Positions 9,853-20,226 of a stretch of 64,000 nucleotides of DNA are shown here, piece after piece. Numbering within the stretch: position 1 is the stretch's first letter; every line of letters begins with the position of its first letter. The DNA is taken from the IMG/VR virus record IMGVR_UViG_3300001918_000004. One strand, given 5' to 3'. The stretch is from a virus. Under the pieces are notes generated by a model. The model saw only the letters and a list, made by a program, of their open reading frames with translations, made no database searches and was not told the DNA's origin. The translations under genes were made by a program, and so were the position numbers.

Positions 9853-10384
9853 AGCCCATAGAACTGCTGTTAGAGCGTGACCGAGGCGGGGGGGATAATC
9901 TGCCGATAGCAGGAGTGGGTATCGGTTGATTGGCTAAAACGTTACCCGAACGATCTATAGCGGGAGTTTGGGCATCTGGTACAACTTCTACTTCCGGTTC
10001 TGGGTCAACCCAATAATCGGGGCCTGTTTCCGGGCCAGCTACAGCGGCAGGTTGAGGTTCATCGGACTGCTCCATGTCTCCGTTTAGAAGCGCAAAGTAA
10101 GCGTCGGCCATATCCATGGATAACTGAACATACCCATACGCCCGATACTGCAATTCGTCAAAGGATTTACCTCGGACTAGCCCAGACAGAATCCGAATAC
10201 TGGTGTCCAAGTAGTCGGGTAGTCCGGGTTCGTACTCGATATAAGGGTCTTGCTCTTGAACTGCTGGCTGAGGCTCTGGAGCCGGAGGTGGGGGTGGAGC
10301 CTGTTTAACCTTAGATTTCTTGGCTTGAGCCGGTTGCGGTGCGGCTGGGGCAGCAGTAGGGGGCTTAGGTTGGATCATTCTCAT
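9824..10384 (-). CDS. Hypothetical Pro/Ala-rich protein
   Basis: 186-aa ORF between polA and the intein-like gene. Confidence 0.65.
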   Translation of the reverse strand: MRMIQPKPPTAAPAAPQPAQAKKSKVKQAPPPPPAPEPQPAVQEQDPYIEYEPGLPDYLDTSIRILSGLVRGKSFDELQYRAYGYVQLSMDMADAYFALLNGDMEQSDEPQPAAVAGPETGPDYWVDPEPEVEVVPDAQTPAIDRSGNVLANQPIPTPAIGRLSPPPRSRSNSSSMGFASNGRSRN

Positions 10385-10439
10385 CTATAAACTCCTAATT
10401 GAAGACGGATAACGTAGCTAAACTCAGCATAACCAATAA

Positions 10440-12356
10440 TTACTTGTCCGACCAGTTCGGCCCGATGCCGACGGTTACATCTACCCGCACACGCTTTAAG
10501 AAGGTTTGGGCGGCTCGAAGCATACAAAACCGGACAAACTCACCGACTTCCTTACCCCGATCCGCATCGGTTTCTGCCACAATTTCATCGTGTACAGGCA
10601 GCAGCAATCGAGCATAGTAGTCAGCCCGCTCAAACCCTTCTTGGATCAAAATGCAGGCAAGTTTTGTGATGTCCGCAGACGAGCCTTGCACGGGAGCGTT
10701 TACCATGGAAGAGTAGATTCGTTGCGAGTCTTTAGGCCAAGCTCTAATGCGTCCAGCTAAGGTTTTGCAGTGTCTAACGCCACGATCAATTGCCCGTCCT
10801 GTTGCTCTGTGGTACTCTGCTAACTTCGGATACGTCTTGAAGAATCGCTCCCGCAGCACAGTAGCTTCTTCCAAAGAAATCGTCTTGTTAAACTTCAATT
10901 TCACATAGTCCTTGAATTTTTTCGCCCCCATTGCATATTGAAACCCTAAAACAATCACTTTCCCGTCACTACGAATTTCTTTCGTAACTTCTTCAATCGG
11001 GATGCCGTACACACCGGATGCAGTGGCTTTGTATAAGTCATTGTTCGGATCATCAAAGACACTCAGCAGTGTTTCGTCTTGACTCAGTTCAGCTAACAAC
11101 CGTGGCTCGATTTGGCTGTAGTCTGCGATAACTAAAACCTTACCTTCATCTGCAATGAACTTGCTACGAAACAACGCCCCTCTAGGGATTTGCATCAAGT
11201 TAGGTTGAACACACGAAAACCGACCTGTATCTGTGCCGATTTGCAAGATGTCTGGGTGAATCCGACCTGTAACGGCGTTGAGCTTGGACGGTAGTTTGTC
11301 CAAGTACATTTTCATGAGTTGTGCGGTTTTACGATACGCCCGTAACGCCTCAATCACCGGATACTCCCCAACAGGCAAGTTCCCCAATTCGGCGTTGCTT
11401 GTAGATTGAATGGGAACACCTAATTCGTGGATTTTCATCAACAGTTGTGACGGACTAGCAGCGTTAAAGCGAGTCGTGCATCTGCCGTCTAAGGTGTAAC
11501 GCTCATAGATGCCTGGTAGTTCGTCTAAGACCGCTTCGCTTTGAGATTCAAGTATCGGCACAAATTCGTCCCGCATTTGATTCCAAGCGGTTAAATCTAC
11601 CCTCATGCCGGTGTACTGCATGCTGGCAACTGCACGTAAACACGAAAATTCAAGTTCCGCAACGTATTCTAGTTTTTCGTGCCGCAACGCCTGAAGTAGT
11701 TTCGGTACTAACTTAACGAACACTAAGGTGTCTTGGGCGGCGTATTCAATCTGTGCGGGAGTAAGCTCAAGATTACCCCAATCGCTGACCTGCATAGACT
11801 TGTCCAGCACTTGCCCGACATAGCGGCGTACCACAGCTTTTAATGAGGATCCCTCACCGTCCTCCGGCGTGATTCCCTTAAGCAGCACCTTGTCTGCCAG
11901 CAACGAATCAAAGTACAAACGGCTTGATAGATCTAAGCCTCTGGCCCACAGTTGCCGTAAGTCGAAGCTTAGATTGTGACCGCACCAGCGAACGTTGCTG
12001 AGACCCAACACAGACATCAACGCATCAGTTAAAGGCGTGAGGTTTTCGAGGTTTTCGTCGAGTGACTTAGCGATGCGGTAATAGTCAATCACTAACGAGT
12101 AAGGTTCTTGTGCGGTTGCGTTGGGTTTGAACTTGTGAACAACTTGATCCGAAGCCTCTGGGATTAGAGCTAACTGAATCGTGCGGATATACGCGGTGTA
12201 GGGATCAAGTCCAGACGCATACGACAAACCTTGATATTTTGGATGCACAAAAGTTTCTGTGTCCAACGCAACGTAGGTTTGTGTTTGTCTGGGCAGCAAC
12301 TCGTTTAGTTCGGATAAACTGCGCGTTAAATCCGTTAGCGTCTGCACATATTTCAT
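10440..12356 (-). CDS. polA: Family A DNA polymerase with 3'-5' exonuclease
   Basis: Exonuclease motifs LDTET, HNLSFD, YAAQD; GTDTGRFSC..PNLMQIP; motif A ADYSQIEPR; motif B K..VLGFQYAMG; motif C VHDEIV. Confidence 0.96.
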   Translation of the reverse strand: MKYVQTLTDLTRSLSELNELLPRQTQTYVALDTETFVHPKYQGLSYASGLDPYTAYIRTIQLALIPEASDQVVHKFKPNATAQEPYSLVIDYYRIAKSLDENLENLTPLTDALMSVLGLSNVRWCGHNLSFDLRQLWARGLDLSSRLYFDSLLADKVLLKGITPEDGEGSSLKAVVRRYVGQVLDKSMQVSDWGNLELTPAQIEYAAQDTLVFVKLVPKLLQALRHEKLEYVAELEFSCLRAVASMQYTGMRVDLTAWNQMRDEFVPILESQSEAVLDELPGIYERYTLDGRCTTRFNAASPSQLLMKIHELGVPIQSTSNAELGNLPVGEYPVIEALRAYRKTAQLMKMYLDKLPSKLNAVTGRIHPDILQIGTDTGRFSCVQPNLMQIPRGALFRSKFIADEGKVLVIADYSQIEPRLLAELSQDETLLSVFDDPNNDLYKATASGVYGIPIEEVTKEIRSDGKVIVLGFQYAMGAKKFKDYVKLKFNKTISLEEATVLRERFFKTYPKLAEYHRATGRAIDRGVRHCKTLAGRIRAWPKDSQRIYSSMVNAPVQGSSADITKLACILIQEGFERADYYARLLLPVHDEIVAETDADRGKEVGEFVRFCMLRAAQTFLKRVRVDVTVGIGPNWSDK

Positions 12357-12376
12357 GAATTGTACCCGTATTACAC

Positions 12377-12877
12377 TTAAGACATTTGGCGAATGTGTTT
12401 AATGGAGAAGCAGTTGCCTTCTCGTTTCGCTCGTATTTGAAAGAATTTACCTACCGGATCAGCCACAGGAAGTTCGTCGTGCGTGATGCGTCCTTCCAAC
12501 TTAATCGTGAAGCTTTTGTCTTTCGACTTTATGACTCGAAATAACCCGTATTCGTACAGTTCGTTGTAGTGAATGCATTGACCAACCACACGCACATAAT
12601 CGTTCGTGTCGTCGTTGCTGCTGTCCACGCCTAAGATTTCGTAGGTCAGATACGGGGGAGTTTTCAAGGTTTTAGGTAACGCCGCAAACGTTCTAGGTTT
12701 AGTTAAGTCTGCGGGGGTGTCTGTTAGCCAAAACGTAAACGAGCGATTGAATGTTACAGGAATGTCCATGTCAGGTGTATGGAGTATCTTAGCTTTTTCG
12801 TCTAAGACTCCATACACACTGCCCACGGCACAACACACAACGGCACTAATTGAAGAAGAATTGTCGGGAATACTCAT
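12377..12877 (-). CDS. Hypothetical protein (possibly beta-barrel)
   Basis: 166-aa ORF in the replication block. Confidence 0.6.
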   Translation of the reverse strand: MSIPDNSSSISAVVCCAVGSVYGVLDEKAKILHTPDMDIPVTFNRSFTFWLTDTPADLTKPRTFAALPKTLKTPPYLTYEILGVDSSNDDTNDYVRVVGQCIHYNELYEYGLFRVIKSKDKSFTIKLEGRITHDELPVADPVGKFFQIRAKREGNCFSIKHIRQMS

Positions 12878-13006
12878 GTGACAGGCCTAACTCGTAAAAA
12901 CCGAATAGACCGACACGGCGCAGAAAACACACGATCACACACGAAACTAGGGGTACACAACACCATGGTTGTGAAGCTATCCCTAGCATAACCCGACTAT
13001 CCCAAC

Positions 13007-14734
13007 TTAACCAGAGGTTGTGGGGGGATTAAGCAACGGAGAAGCTGACGCAATAACAGAGCGAATTAAGTCAGAAATTGCCGCTTTGTGGTCATCACTG
13101 ACTTCTAACTCCATGTTGGTTAGATAGGTCTCGGTTAAGGCATCGGGCGGTGCATCGCCACTAGCTTCGGCCTGGGCGAACGCTTCGATGTCATTCCGTA
13201 AAGCTTTATACCGTTCAAAGAACAGTTTCAACTCTTGGGACAACACCCGATCCGCAACGTACTGCCTAATCTGAGCGTCTGGGAAACGATCCGATAAGGT
13301 CAGATACGCAGCGAAATCTTTCTCTTGAAAGATGCGCTCACACTCTAGAGCTAACGCTTCGACAGTGCTTTCACATAGTGGAGCGATAACCCTTACCGGT
13401 TCAGTGGCGTTGGTAAACTCCACGGCTGTCGGTACAACGTCCTCTAGGTACGGCGATGTTAACGGCAGGCAGTAACGGGCGTAGTGGGATTCGTCCTCTT
13501 CAACGGCACGGTTAAGAATACGCATCCCAACCAACTCGTCTAACACCAAATCCACATCAACATCTTCGACAGGCAATCCGGTTTTGCGTGCTAAGTCCAG
13601 CCGACTCATGTACACGTCTGGGTTTTCAGACAACGCCTCAATGATGATGTCTTCGTAGTTATCCAAACGAGTGCATTCGTCTATGGATACGTCATTGCCC
13701 CGGTCACGCCAACGATACGAAAACCGCTTTTGACGGCTGCGGGGATGGATGTCGATCCCGACTGTAAACTTGATCGGCAGCAACGCACGGGGAATCGTCT
13801 CGAACTTAATCAATGTCTCTGTAGGCGTTGATTTGTTTTCGATGACAATTGCACCGTCCGTACCACCTGGAATTGAACCGGAACCGGAAATCTTGTTCAG
13901 CCCCGACACGTTCTGAGATTTGTTTGTGTGGTGTAGCACCAAACCGCAAATCTCGTTTTGAATCATGAGCCGCTGCAAAGAGTACAGATATTTGGAAAAT
14001 TCTGCACTGTTTTCCGACACAGAAACCGTGGCACTGATCCGACGCAAACTGTCAAAGATAATCAGTTGCGGTCTAAAGTCATCTATCAGCGTTTGCAGTT
14101 TCCGTAACCCATACTGAATGTCAAACTCACGCTCGACCAACACGTTGTCTTTAACAAGGTGATAGTTAGAGCGGTTACGACTAAAACCCATCTCCACAAG
14201 TCTTGCTGTGACGGTGCTAATGGGTTCCTCACACTGAAAGTAAATCACCCGACCTTGCTTAACAGGAAAGCGTTTGAGAAACTCAGTTCCGGTTGCAATG
14301 GCGTAGCACAAATCGTACATCAAGTAAGACTTAAACGACTTGGGAGCAGCAGCCAACATGTACAAACCAACTGACGTTAACAGCTTCGGTACAAGGATTG
14401 GCGTTGAAATAGAATCTAACATCAACAACTCATCGAGTGTGTATGACGTTTTAGATTCCATAGGCGGCGGTGCCGATAACGCTAAAATGTCAGCGTCAAT
14501 GTCTTGACGACTGAAACCTAACGTTTCTCTGTATTGATCAAAGACTTCATTCCGTAACAAACGCCGTTCTACGGGACAGTCTGTATCAATGAGCCTTTGC
14601 ACAGCAGCTTTGTACTGCCGAATCGCCCGTTGAACCGCAGAAGGTGCAGACACAATATCGTCTAAACCTTCTAAAGAAGCGGGCAGCGGAGCGGCCTGTT
14701 CTACTGTCTCTGACATGCGAATACTCCTAAACAA
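13007..14734 (-). CDS. RecA-fold AAA_25/RepA-like replicative helicase
   Basis: Walker A-like AAAPKSFKS, VIYFQCEE, Walker B LIIFDSLR, VLHHTNK, SGSGSIPG; adjacent to the primase domains. Confidence 0.85.
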   Translation of the reverse strand: MFRSIRMSETVEQAAPLPASLEGLDDIVSAPSAVQRAIRQYKAAVQRLIDTDCPVERRLLRNEVFDQYRETLGFSRQDIDADILALSAPPPMESKTSYTLDELLMLDSISTPILVPKLLTSVGLYMLAAAPKSFKSYLMYDLCYAIATGTEFLKRFPVKQGRVIYFQCEEPISTVTARLVEMGFSRNRSNYHLVKDNVLVEREFDIQYGLRKLQTLIDDFRPQLIIFDSLRRISATVSVSENSAEFSKYLYSLQRLMIQNEICGLVLHHTNKSQNVSGLNKISGSGSIPGGTDGAIVIENKSTPTETLIKFETIPRALLPIKFTVGIDIHPRSRQKRFSYRWRDRGNDVSIDECTRLDNYEDIIIEALSENPDVYMSRLDLARKTGLPVEDVDVDLVLDELVGMRILNRAVEEDESHYARYCLPLTSPYLEDVVPTAVEFTNATEPVRVIAPLCESTVEALALECERIFQEKDFAAYLTLSDRFPDAQIRQYVADRVLSQELKLFFERYKALRNDIEAFAQAEASGDAPPDALTETYLTNMELEVSDDHKAAISDLIRSVIASASPLLNPPTTSG

Positions 14735-14744
14735 CTGGCAGGCA

Positions 14745-15377
14745 TTACGTGAGCAGGGTTTGATAGAGATTCGTAGTGGATAAAAACTGGTTAGCTCGAC
14801 TAATAAATGTGTCGGTGCAAGTTAGTTCTGAGTCAGCCAAGTCAAACCCTGGCGGCACAGCATCCGGTTGTGGGGCGTACAATTCTGATGGAATGACAAC
14901 GCATGCCATCTTTGCATGGGCCGCAGCAACAACTACAGCGTTTCTCTTGACAATTCCGGGTTTGTCGCAATCGGGTAAATACACAACTGCATTCAAACCG
15001 AAGTCCCTAACTCTTAGGCGATGGAAGGCTTCAGTCAGATACTCTACGTTCCAAAGACTGCCTTGGGGTGACAGAGCAACTAAACTAAGCTGTGATTGAA
15101 TGTAATCACAGGTTTTTTCACCTTCTGCCATGACGACGGCGTTGCCTGCGGTAATTGGAATCTGTTCCTCGTGATACAACAACCACGGAGTATCGCCTAA
15201 TCCTTTTACCCACCGTCGTCGCGGTGATGTGTTTGTTAAGTGGTACGGGATGATGTCTTTTTTGAGTGACAGGTCTGTTCTAACTACTTTGTGTTCCGAG
15301 GTGTAGTGATAGGTTGTATCGCCGTAACTATCTTTGATTCCGGTTAGCGGTAGGTTGTGGTTAACCTGTTTGAGCAT
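14745..15377 (-). CDS. TOPRIM primase catalytic domain (frame stays open upstream to about 15542)
   Basis: VVMAEGEKTCD and VYLPDCDKPG TOPRIM motifs; GFDLAD. Confidence 0.8.
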   Translation of the reverse strand: MLKQVNHNLPLTGIKDSYGDTTYHYTSEHKVVRTDLSLKKDIIPYHLTNTSPRRRWVKGLGDTPWLLYHEEQIPITAGNAVVMAEGEKTCDYIQSQLSLVALSPQGSLWNVEYLTEAFHRLRVRDFGLNAVVYLPDCDKPGIVKRNAVVVAAAHAKMACVVIPSELYAPQPDAVPPGFDLADSELTCTDTFISRANQFLSTTNLYQTLLT

Positions 15378-15447
15378 TAGTTGTGGCGGTATAGCTGCCG
15401 CAATAGGTTTTGTTAACGCCGGTCGTAAAGCGGGGTCTGGTGTATCT

Positions 15448-15732
15448 TTACGCGGGTAGTAGTAATCTCTTTGCCGGTCTGAGGTAAAAAAAGCGAAGCT
15501 TACCGCTGGCCTCGCTACTATTCGCTTCGTCCGGCGTTTTGGCTAACGCCTGGTAAATGCTTCTGGGTGAGCATCCGTTACCCCAGCACCGAAATGCTCC
15601 CCGGCATTTACCTGAAAGAACTACCTTAAAGTTGTCATCCCCACAAACCGGACAAATAGCGACAACACGCAAATTGTTTTCGTGGACTATCTGTAACCTG
15701 TCGATCCACTGAAGCAGACGAGATTCGGGCAT
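15448..15732 (-). CDS. Primase zinc-binding domain
   Basis: CPVCGDDNF...GAFRCWGNGC, directly upstream of the TOPRIM ORF. Confidence 0.75.
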   Translation of the reverse strand: MPESRLLQWIDRLQIVHENNLRVVAICPVCGDDNFKVVLSGKCRGAFRCWGNGCSPRSIYQALAKTPDEANSSEASGKLRFFYLRPAKRLLLPA

Positions 15733-15740
15733 GGTACGTC

Positions 15741-16271
15741 TCAGCGAGGTAGTAAGTCAATGTTGTAAAGCAGACACAGCCGATAGGCTATGTACAATCC
15801 CGGTATGAGCAGTAACGGTAACGACAACGAAAGCCCGACAGCGATTTGTGCAACATACGCAAGTAACAACACAAGACACGATGTTCGAAACAATACGGCA
15901 AGTTTCTTCTGCTCTACAAACTTGATGGTTGCTGTTTCTCCAGCAACTAAAGCTCGTTTAATCGACGCATCTAACAAAATTGCATGTGCCACGTATTCGC
16001 GTGAGTCGTGTTGGTGAGCATGCTGAAGTACACTGCGGTACATCATGTACTGTTCCGGCGACATAACTGAGAGTAATTGGTACAACCGCTTGCAGGAGTT
16101 GATGTCTTTAGGCATGGCGTTAGACGAAAATTGTTTAGACTGCGTTTTGGGTGGTGTTGGTTCGATAGGCTTGACGTCGGGTGTAAACGTTTCGCAGGAC
16201 TTCAAATACCCAGCTAAATGCCCGAACGTAGAGGCTTGGGGTTCGTTTAATTTGCGAATAGAGTCACTCAT
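15741..16271 (-). CDS. Hypothetical membrane protein
   Basis: Two hydrophobic segments at the C-terminus. Confidence 0.6.
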   Translation of the reverse strand: MSDSIRKLNEPQASTFGHLAGYLKSCETFTPDVKPIEPTPPKTQSKQFSSNAMPKDINSCKRLYQLLSVMSPEQYMMYRSVLQHAHQHDSREYVAHAILLDASIKRALVAGETATIKFVEQKKLAVLFRTSCLVLLLAYVAQIAVGLSLSLPLLLIPGLYIAYRLCLLYNIDLLPR

Positions 16272-17158
16272 AGGCTCTCCTGTTCTGTAGATGATTCCGG
16301 TTCTGTGTCACTGTCTTCTGGATCTGCTGGAACGCCTGTAAGAAGCACCGTATCGGCTACATGACCTTCCAGTTTTGATTGCTGCACGAAAAAGTTCCAA
16401 TCAAAGATTCTGTTGGTGAAATAGCATTCAGTTAATTCTATAAATTTTTGCCAGTACCAGTTAAGGCTGTCTGGGTTTAAATAGTATAACTTAAGCTTAT
16501 CTTCAGTAACACCGATGATCATGGCTCGATTCAATTTGTAATAACCGTTTGTGCGTTGGTTAAGTGCCCCACAATAAGCGGCTAACTGAAGATAATTACT
16601 GAACAAATTTGTCGGGTATTTCATCTTGTTCCAGGTCTTAAAATCACCTAGAACATTGCGTTGACCTTCGTACAGGGGTTCTGTGCTTTTCTTTCGAGCT
16701 AATGCGGCTCCATGCAATCGAAACACCATGTCTGGAGTCCCAGCAAAACCTAACGGAGAAGTAGGATGAGGTCGTTCCCAAAATACCTTTTCTTCAGACA
16801 GTACCGGAATCACAGCCTGAAGCATTGGTTTTAGGTTGTCAAAAAACCGCCGTTCGTCATCCACTAACGCCGGAATTGGTTTGCGGTGCAAAAAGGCTTC
16901 TGCCGCCTGATGAACATGGGTTCCTCGGACGGCAGAGCGGGTTCTAGATCGTTCAGCGGCTTCTTCGCCTGCTTGTTGCGCCCATTTGTTGATGTACCAC
17001 TTGTTCTCAAACTTGCCGATGAGGGTGGTAACAGATGGGTACTTAGGCACAACCCCAACAGCATCAGGTCGGGTGTACTCAACGCCTGTAGGCGTTTCAT
17101 GTCTCTCAAGACGGATTCCAAGAGATTGTATGGTAGTTGTGCCTAAGCCAGAAACCAT
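16268..17158 (-). CDS. PD-(D/E)XK exonuclease (lambda-exo/Cas4-like)
   Basis: YPSVTTLI, RGTHVH, GFAGTPD, GDFKT, QLAAY. Start placed at ATG 17158, just after ssb. Confidence 0.85.
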   Translation of the reverse strand: MVSGLGTTTIQSLGIRLERHETPTGVEYTRPDAVGVVPKYPSVTTLIGKFENKWYINKWAQQAGEEAAERSRTRSAVRGTHVHQAAEAFLHRKPIPALVDDERRFFDNLKPMLQAVIPVLSEEKVFWERPHPTSPLGFAGTPDMVFRLHGAALARKKSTEPLYEGQRNVLGDFKTWNKMKYPTNLFSNYLQLAAYCGALNQRTNGYYKLNRAMIIGVTEDKLKLYYLNPDSLNWYWQKFIELTECYFTNRIFDWNFFVQQSKLEGHVADTVLLTGVPADPEDSDTEPESSTEQESL

Positions 17159-17162
17159 AAGG

Positions 17163-17588
17163 TTAGAACGGAGGCGGATCGTCGGAATACCCACTAGCCT
17201 CTTGCGGTGCGGCCTGGCGTGCGGACGCTGCATTCGGGTTAGAGCCAGAGCCAGGAGCCAGCAAGAACAGGTTGTTGGCTTTAATCTTGAACACCTTCTG
17301 AAGCACACCTACTTTGTCGGTGTAGGTTTCAGTGACTAATTGACCCTCAACAAGCACATGCGCTCCTTTGGGGAACTCATCTGCGTTTTTGAAGTTGTAC
17401 TTAGTACACCAGTATTCGATTTGATACCAGTCTGTTTCGTTGCTGTACTCTTTAGTTTCCTGGTTGCGAACACGGTGGGTTGAGCCGATTGACCCGGAGA
17501 GAATAGTAACTTGCTCACCCTGAGACGTGATCACCCTTTGCTGCATGTCTTTACCGAGATAACCGCGTACGGTTACGTGTGCAGTCAT
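17163..17588 (-). CDS. ssb: Single-stranded DNA-binding protein
   Basis: VRGYLGKD, TDWYQIEYW, KGAHVLVEGQL.TETYTDK, acidic tail DDPPPF. Confidence 0.93.
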   Translation of the reverse strand: MTAHVTVRGYLGKDMQQRVITSQGEQVTILSGSIGSTHRVRNQETKEYSNETDWYQIEYWCTKYNFKNADEFPKGAHVLVEGQLVTETYTDKVGVLQKVFKIKANNLFLLAPGSGSNPNAASARQAAPQEASGYSDDPPPF

Positions 17589-17645
17589 GTCATGAACTCC
17601 TGAATAGTTGGTTGTAACCTGTGTTTATCCTAGCAAGCGACTGGA

Positions 17646-18569
17646 TTAACTCGGGATAACTTCTGCTTCGGCGGCGTTAAGCTCGTCGATCTGAGGACGT
17701 AGCTTCTTGCCGTAAGAGATTAACTCTTCAGACGCCATAGCAAATAGCTGCAACTCAGTCATAGCGTTATCGCCACTCAACTTACCCGCAGCAATCAGCC
17801 GATCTTGGTACTCTAAAATCCGCACAACAAAGCTGACTTTGCTGATGTCTGTGCCTTGCTTGGTTAACCAATGGTAGATGTTTTCGCCCATTTGTGGCGT
17901 GATTTTCAAACCGATTGCTTGTTCCCACATTCCGGTTTCGTCTTTCTCTGCCACAACTGCGTGATTGCGATCTACAATTTCAAACAAAAAGTCGCAGAAG
18001 TATGGCAAGTTAGAGTCTTGCTGCGGAGCTAAACCAACTTTTTGAACGGTGCGTTTACCGTTATCTTCGTTGATCAAGTAATCCATCTTCGAGCGCGCTG
18101 TCATGATGATGTGAATGTGAGAGTGAATGAACGACTCAATAAACTTGTTGTGGAATTGCGCTTTGACTTTGCCCCAATTCTGGAACGAGTTGCCTGTCAT
18201 AGCTGCATGACGTTCATTTATATCCTCCCACTCGGGCGTACAAGAATCGATAATTAGAACGCTGTAACCAGCTTCTTCTGCTGCTGCGATGACGTCAATA
18301 AAGTCTTTGTAAGACACACGCCGACCTTGTGTTTTAACGTCCCATTCAAAGGTGTCAAACTCTAACCCTTCAATCAAGGGATTGCCGACTTTTAAACTAG
18401 CACGTCCAAACTCTGTATCAAACACAGCAACTCGTTTGTTTTCCATGTGACGAACTAAACCGGCAGCCAGCATTAATGCGCCGATGGTTTTACCCGCACC
18501 TGTCGGCCCGGTCAACATTAAACGCAAATATTTGGATGAGCGATCCGCCTTTTTGAATTGAATAGCCAT
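17646..18569 (-). CDS. AAA_24/Sak4-like ATPase (single-strand annealing recombinase)
   Basis: GPTGAGKT, FDTEFG, LIIDS, WGKVK, HIIMTARSK; gene order ATPase-SSB-exonuclease. Confidence 0.8.
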   Translation of the reverse strand: MAIQFKKADRSSKYLRLMLTGPTGAGKTIGALMLAAGLVRHMENKRVAVFDTEFGRASLKVGNPLIEGLEFDTFEWDVKTQGRRVSYKDFIDVIAAAEEAGYSVLIIDSCTPEWEDINERHAAMTGNSFQNWGKVKAQFHNKFIESFIHSHIHIIMTARSKMDYLINEDNGKRTVQKVGLAPQQDSNLPYFCDFLFEIVDRNHAVVAEKDETGMWEQAIGLKITPQMGENIYHWLTKQGTDISKVSFVVRILEYQDRLIAAGKLSGDNAMTELQLFAMASEELISYGKKLRPQIDELNAAEAEVIPS

Positions 18570-18644
18570 TGAAGTTCCTCGAACAAATTAACAAAATAAA
18601 TGACATCGTTAACAAATTAGTGTCGTCATAACAAAACGATGTCG

Positions 18645-19406
18645 TCAGAAGCAAAAATTGGCTCGTTTGCGTAGCAGCGTTTCGAGCGTTCTTTGGCTTT
18701 GGTTTACGTCCTCCCAGCACGACCACGACAGCTTGATTGATTCGGACGCGTTGGGTACAGGTTCAGCTAAGCCCGCTTCAACCAAGAAGTACATGAACGA
18801 ACGGACATGAGCATTTGCGCCTGGATGACTGACACTTAACGCCCGTTTCATGGCGTAAAAGTCACACGCAGATCTCGAAGCCATGGGCTTGAGCAATTCA
18901 GCCACATGCCGACACGACGCAGCTAACTGAACCTCATCTAGCTGGATTGGCGTTGAGTCGAGTAGCTGCAAAACATACAGCACGTTCATGTCTGGGAAAT
19001 CCGCCAGTGTACGGGAGTACAGCGTAACCGCAACAACTTCCATCGCTGGTTTGTTTCTGGGTTCTGCAATGACGTAATCCTCAAGCAACCGTTGACCAAT
19101 AGACAACTTCAGTAAACCGTCTCGCGCCATGAGTGTGTTGCTCCACCGCTTCATCCCTAAGAGATAGAGCAGATTCGCATAGATGTCATTCAACGACCAG
19201 TTGTTTAACGCACAGTATTGGTTAACAACCGAGTTCGCTGATGTCCGACGTTGACGATAGGCGATTTGCAGACAATCAGGGATAGTTTCGGCCGGAACTA
19301 ACCACTCTAACTTAGGCGGGTTATCGTCTCTCAAGATGTACCGATTCCGTATATCTGACAACGTGTGGATCAGCTTCGGTTTACCGACAGGCATCTCTAA
19401 CTGCAC
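18645..19406 (-). CDS. Hypothetical protein
   Basis: 253-aa ORF in the operon. Confidence 0.65.
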   Translation of the reverse strand: MQLEMPVGKPKLIHTLSDIRNRYILRDDNPPKLEWLVPAETIPDCLQIAYRQRRTSANSVVNQYCALNNWSLNDIYANLLYLLGMKRWSNTLMARDGLLKLSIGQRLLEDYVIAEPRNKPAMEVVAVTLYSRTLADFPDMNVLYVLQLLDSTPIQLDEVQLAASCRHVAELLKPMASRSACDFYAMKRALSVSHPGANAHVRSFMYFLVEAGLAEPVPNASESIKLSWSCWEDVNQSQRTLETLLRKRANFCF

Positions 19407-19681
19407 GATATTTTTCGACGGTTCTTCAACCTCTGTTGCTGGCGTAGGTTTAAAGCCATACGAGGGCGCAGGCTGCGGTTCTCTGGCGTTTCTTCGGTAT
19501 CGGTTGTCGGTTGAGTGTATAGGTTTAAGAACGCCTCAACCTGCTCATCTGTACCGTGTTGCGCGACTAAACGCAACAAGTCAATGGGAGGTTTTATCTG
19601 TGTATTCATGATGTAGTGTGGTGTTACGAAACAGCGGGAGAAATAGATAACATGACACGACCTAAATTGTGGGCGGAGCAC
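19397..19681 (-). CDS. Hypothetical protein
   Basis: Short ORF; true start probably at MNTQIK. Confidence 0.45.
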   Translation of the reverse strand: MLRPQFRSCHVIYFSRCFVTPHYIMNTQIKPPIDLLRLVAQHGTDEQVEAFLNLYTQPTTDTEETPENRSLRPRMALNLRQQQRLKNRRKISCS

Positions 19682-20226
19682 GCATCAGCAAAGGCTTTTG
19701 TTGGGTTGTTTCCGATGTAAATCAACGCACTACCCTTGGTGCTGCCTGTGGCTTTTGTGTTGAGCAAATCTAGCTTCTTTTGAAACTTCAACCGCCCTCG
19801 AATGAAGCAAATCGGATAGTCGTACAGCGGCGCAAACCAATGCTCAGATGTGCAGGCGTTAACCAACAACAAGCCAGACTCAAAGTGCTCTAACGCATAC
19901 TCTCTGAGCATTTTGGTCACAAACGCATCTTGACCGCCTCGACCGTACGGAGGGTTGCAAAACACGGTTGAAGCATTCCATGGTTCTGTGAGGCCGTCCA
20001 ATCCGTTATCTAACCCGAAGTAACGCTCGGCTTGTACCCGTTCGTTTGCTTCGGCACAGGACGCTGGATCTAGCTCGATACTACCTAGAAACCAACGGGC
20101 AAATTGAAGAATGTGCGTCGGAGTGTACCACTCATTCGAGTTGCTACTAAACGCAAAACGGGCAGGGCTTACAGGTGTTTCGCAAATGTCTGCGGTGGGA
20201 TCAAGCAGAAGCATTACCACCCCCAA
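19624..20226 (-). CDS. Phage-type DNA N6-adenine methyltransferase
   Basis: SNEWYTP, ELDPAS, VFCNPPYG, CFIRGRLKF. Confidence 0.9.
   Translation of the reverse strand: MGVVMLLLDPTADICETPVSPARFAFSSNSNEWYTPTHILQFARWFLGSIELDPASCAEANERVQAERYFGLDNGLDGLTEPWNASTVFCNPPYGRGGQDAFVTKMLREYALEHFESGLLLVNACTSEHWFAPLYDYPICFIRGRLKFQKKLDLLNTKATGSTKGSALIYIGNNPTKAFADACSAHNLGRVMLSISPAVS

Noticed and set aside
11480-11520. RYTLDG in PolA as a clamp-binding motif
   Set aside because: Too weak a match to QL(S/D)LF to support
17159-17308. N-terminal extension of the exonuclease given in the ORF track
   Set aside because: It overlaps the 3' end of ssb; ATG 17158 fits the gene packing better
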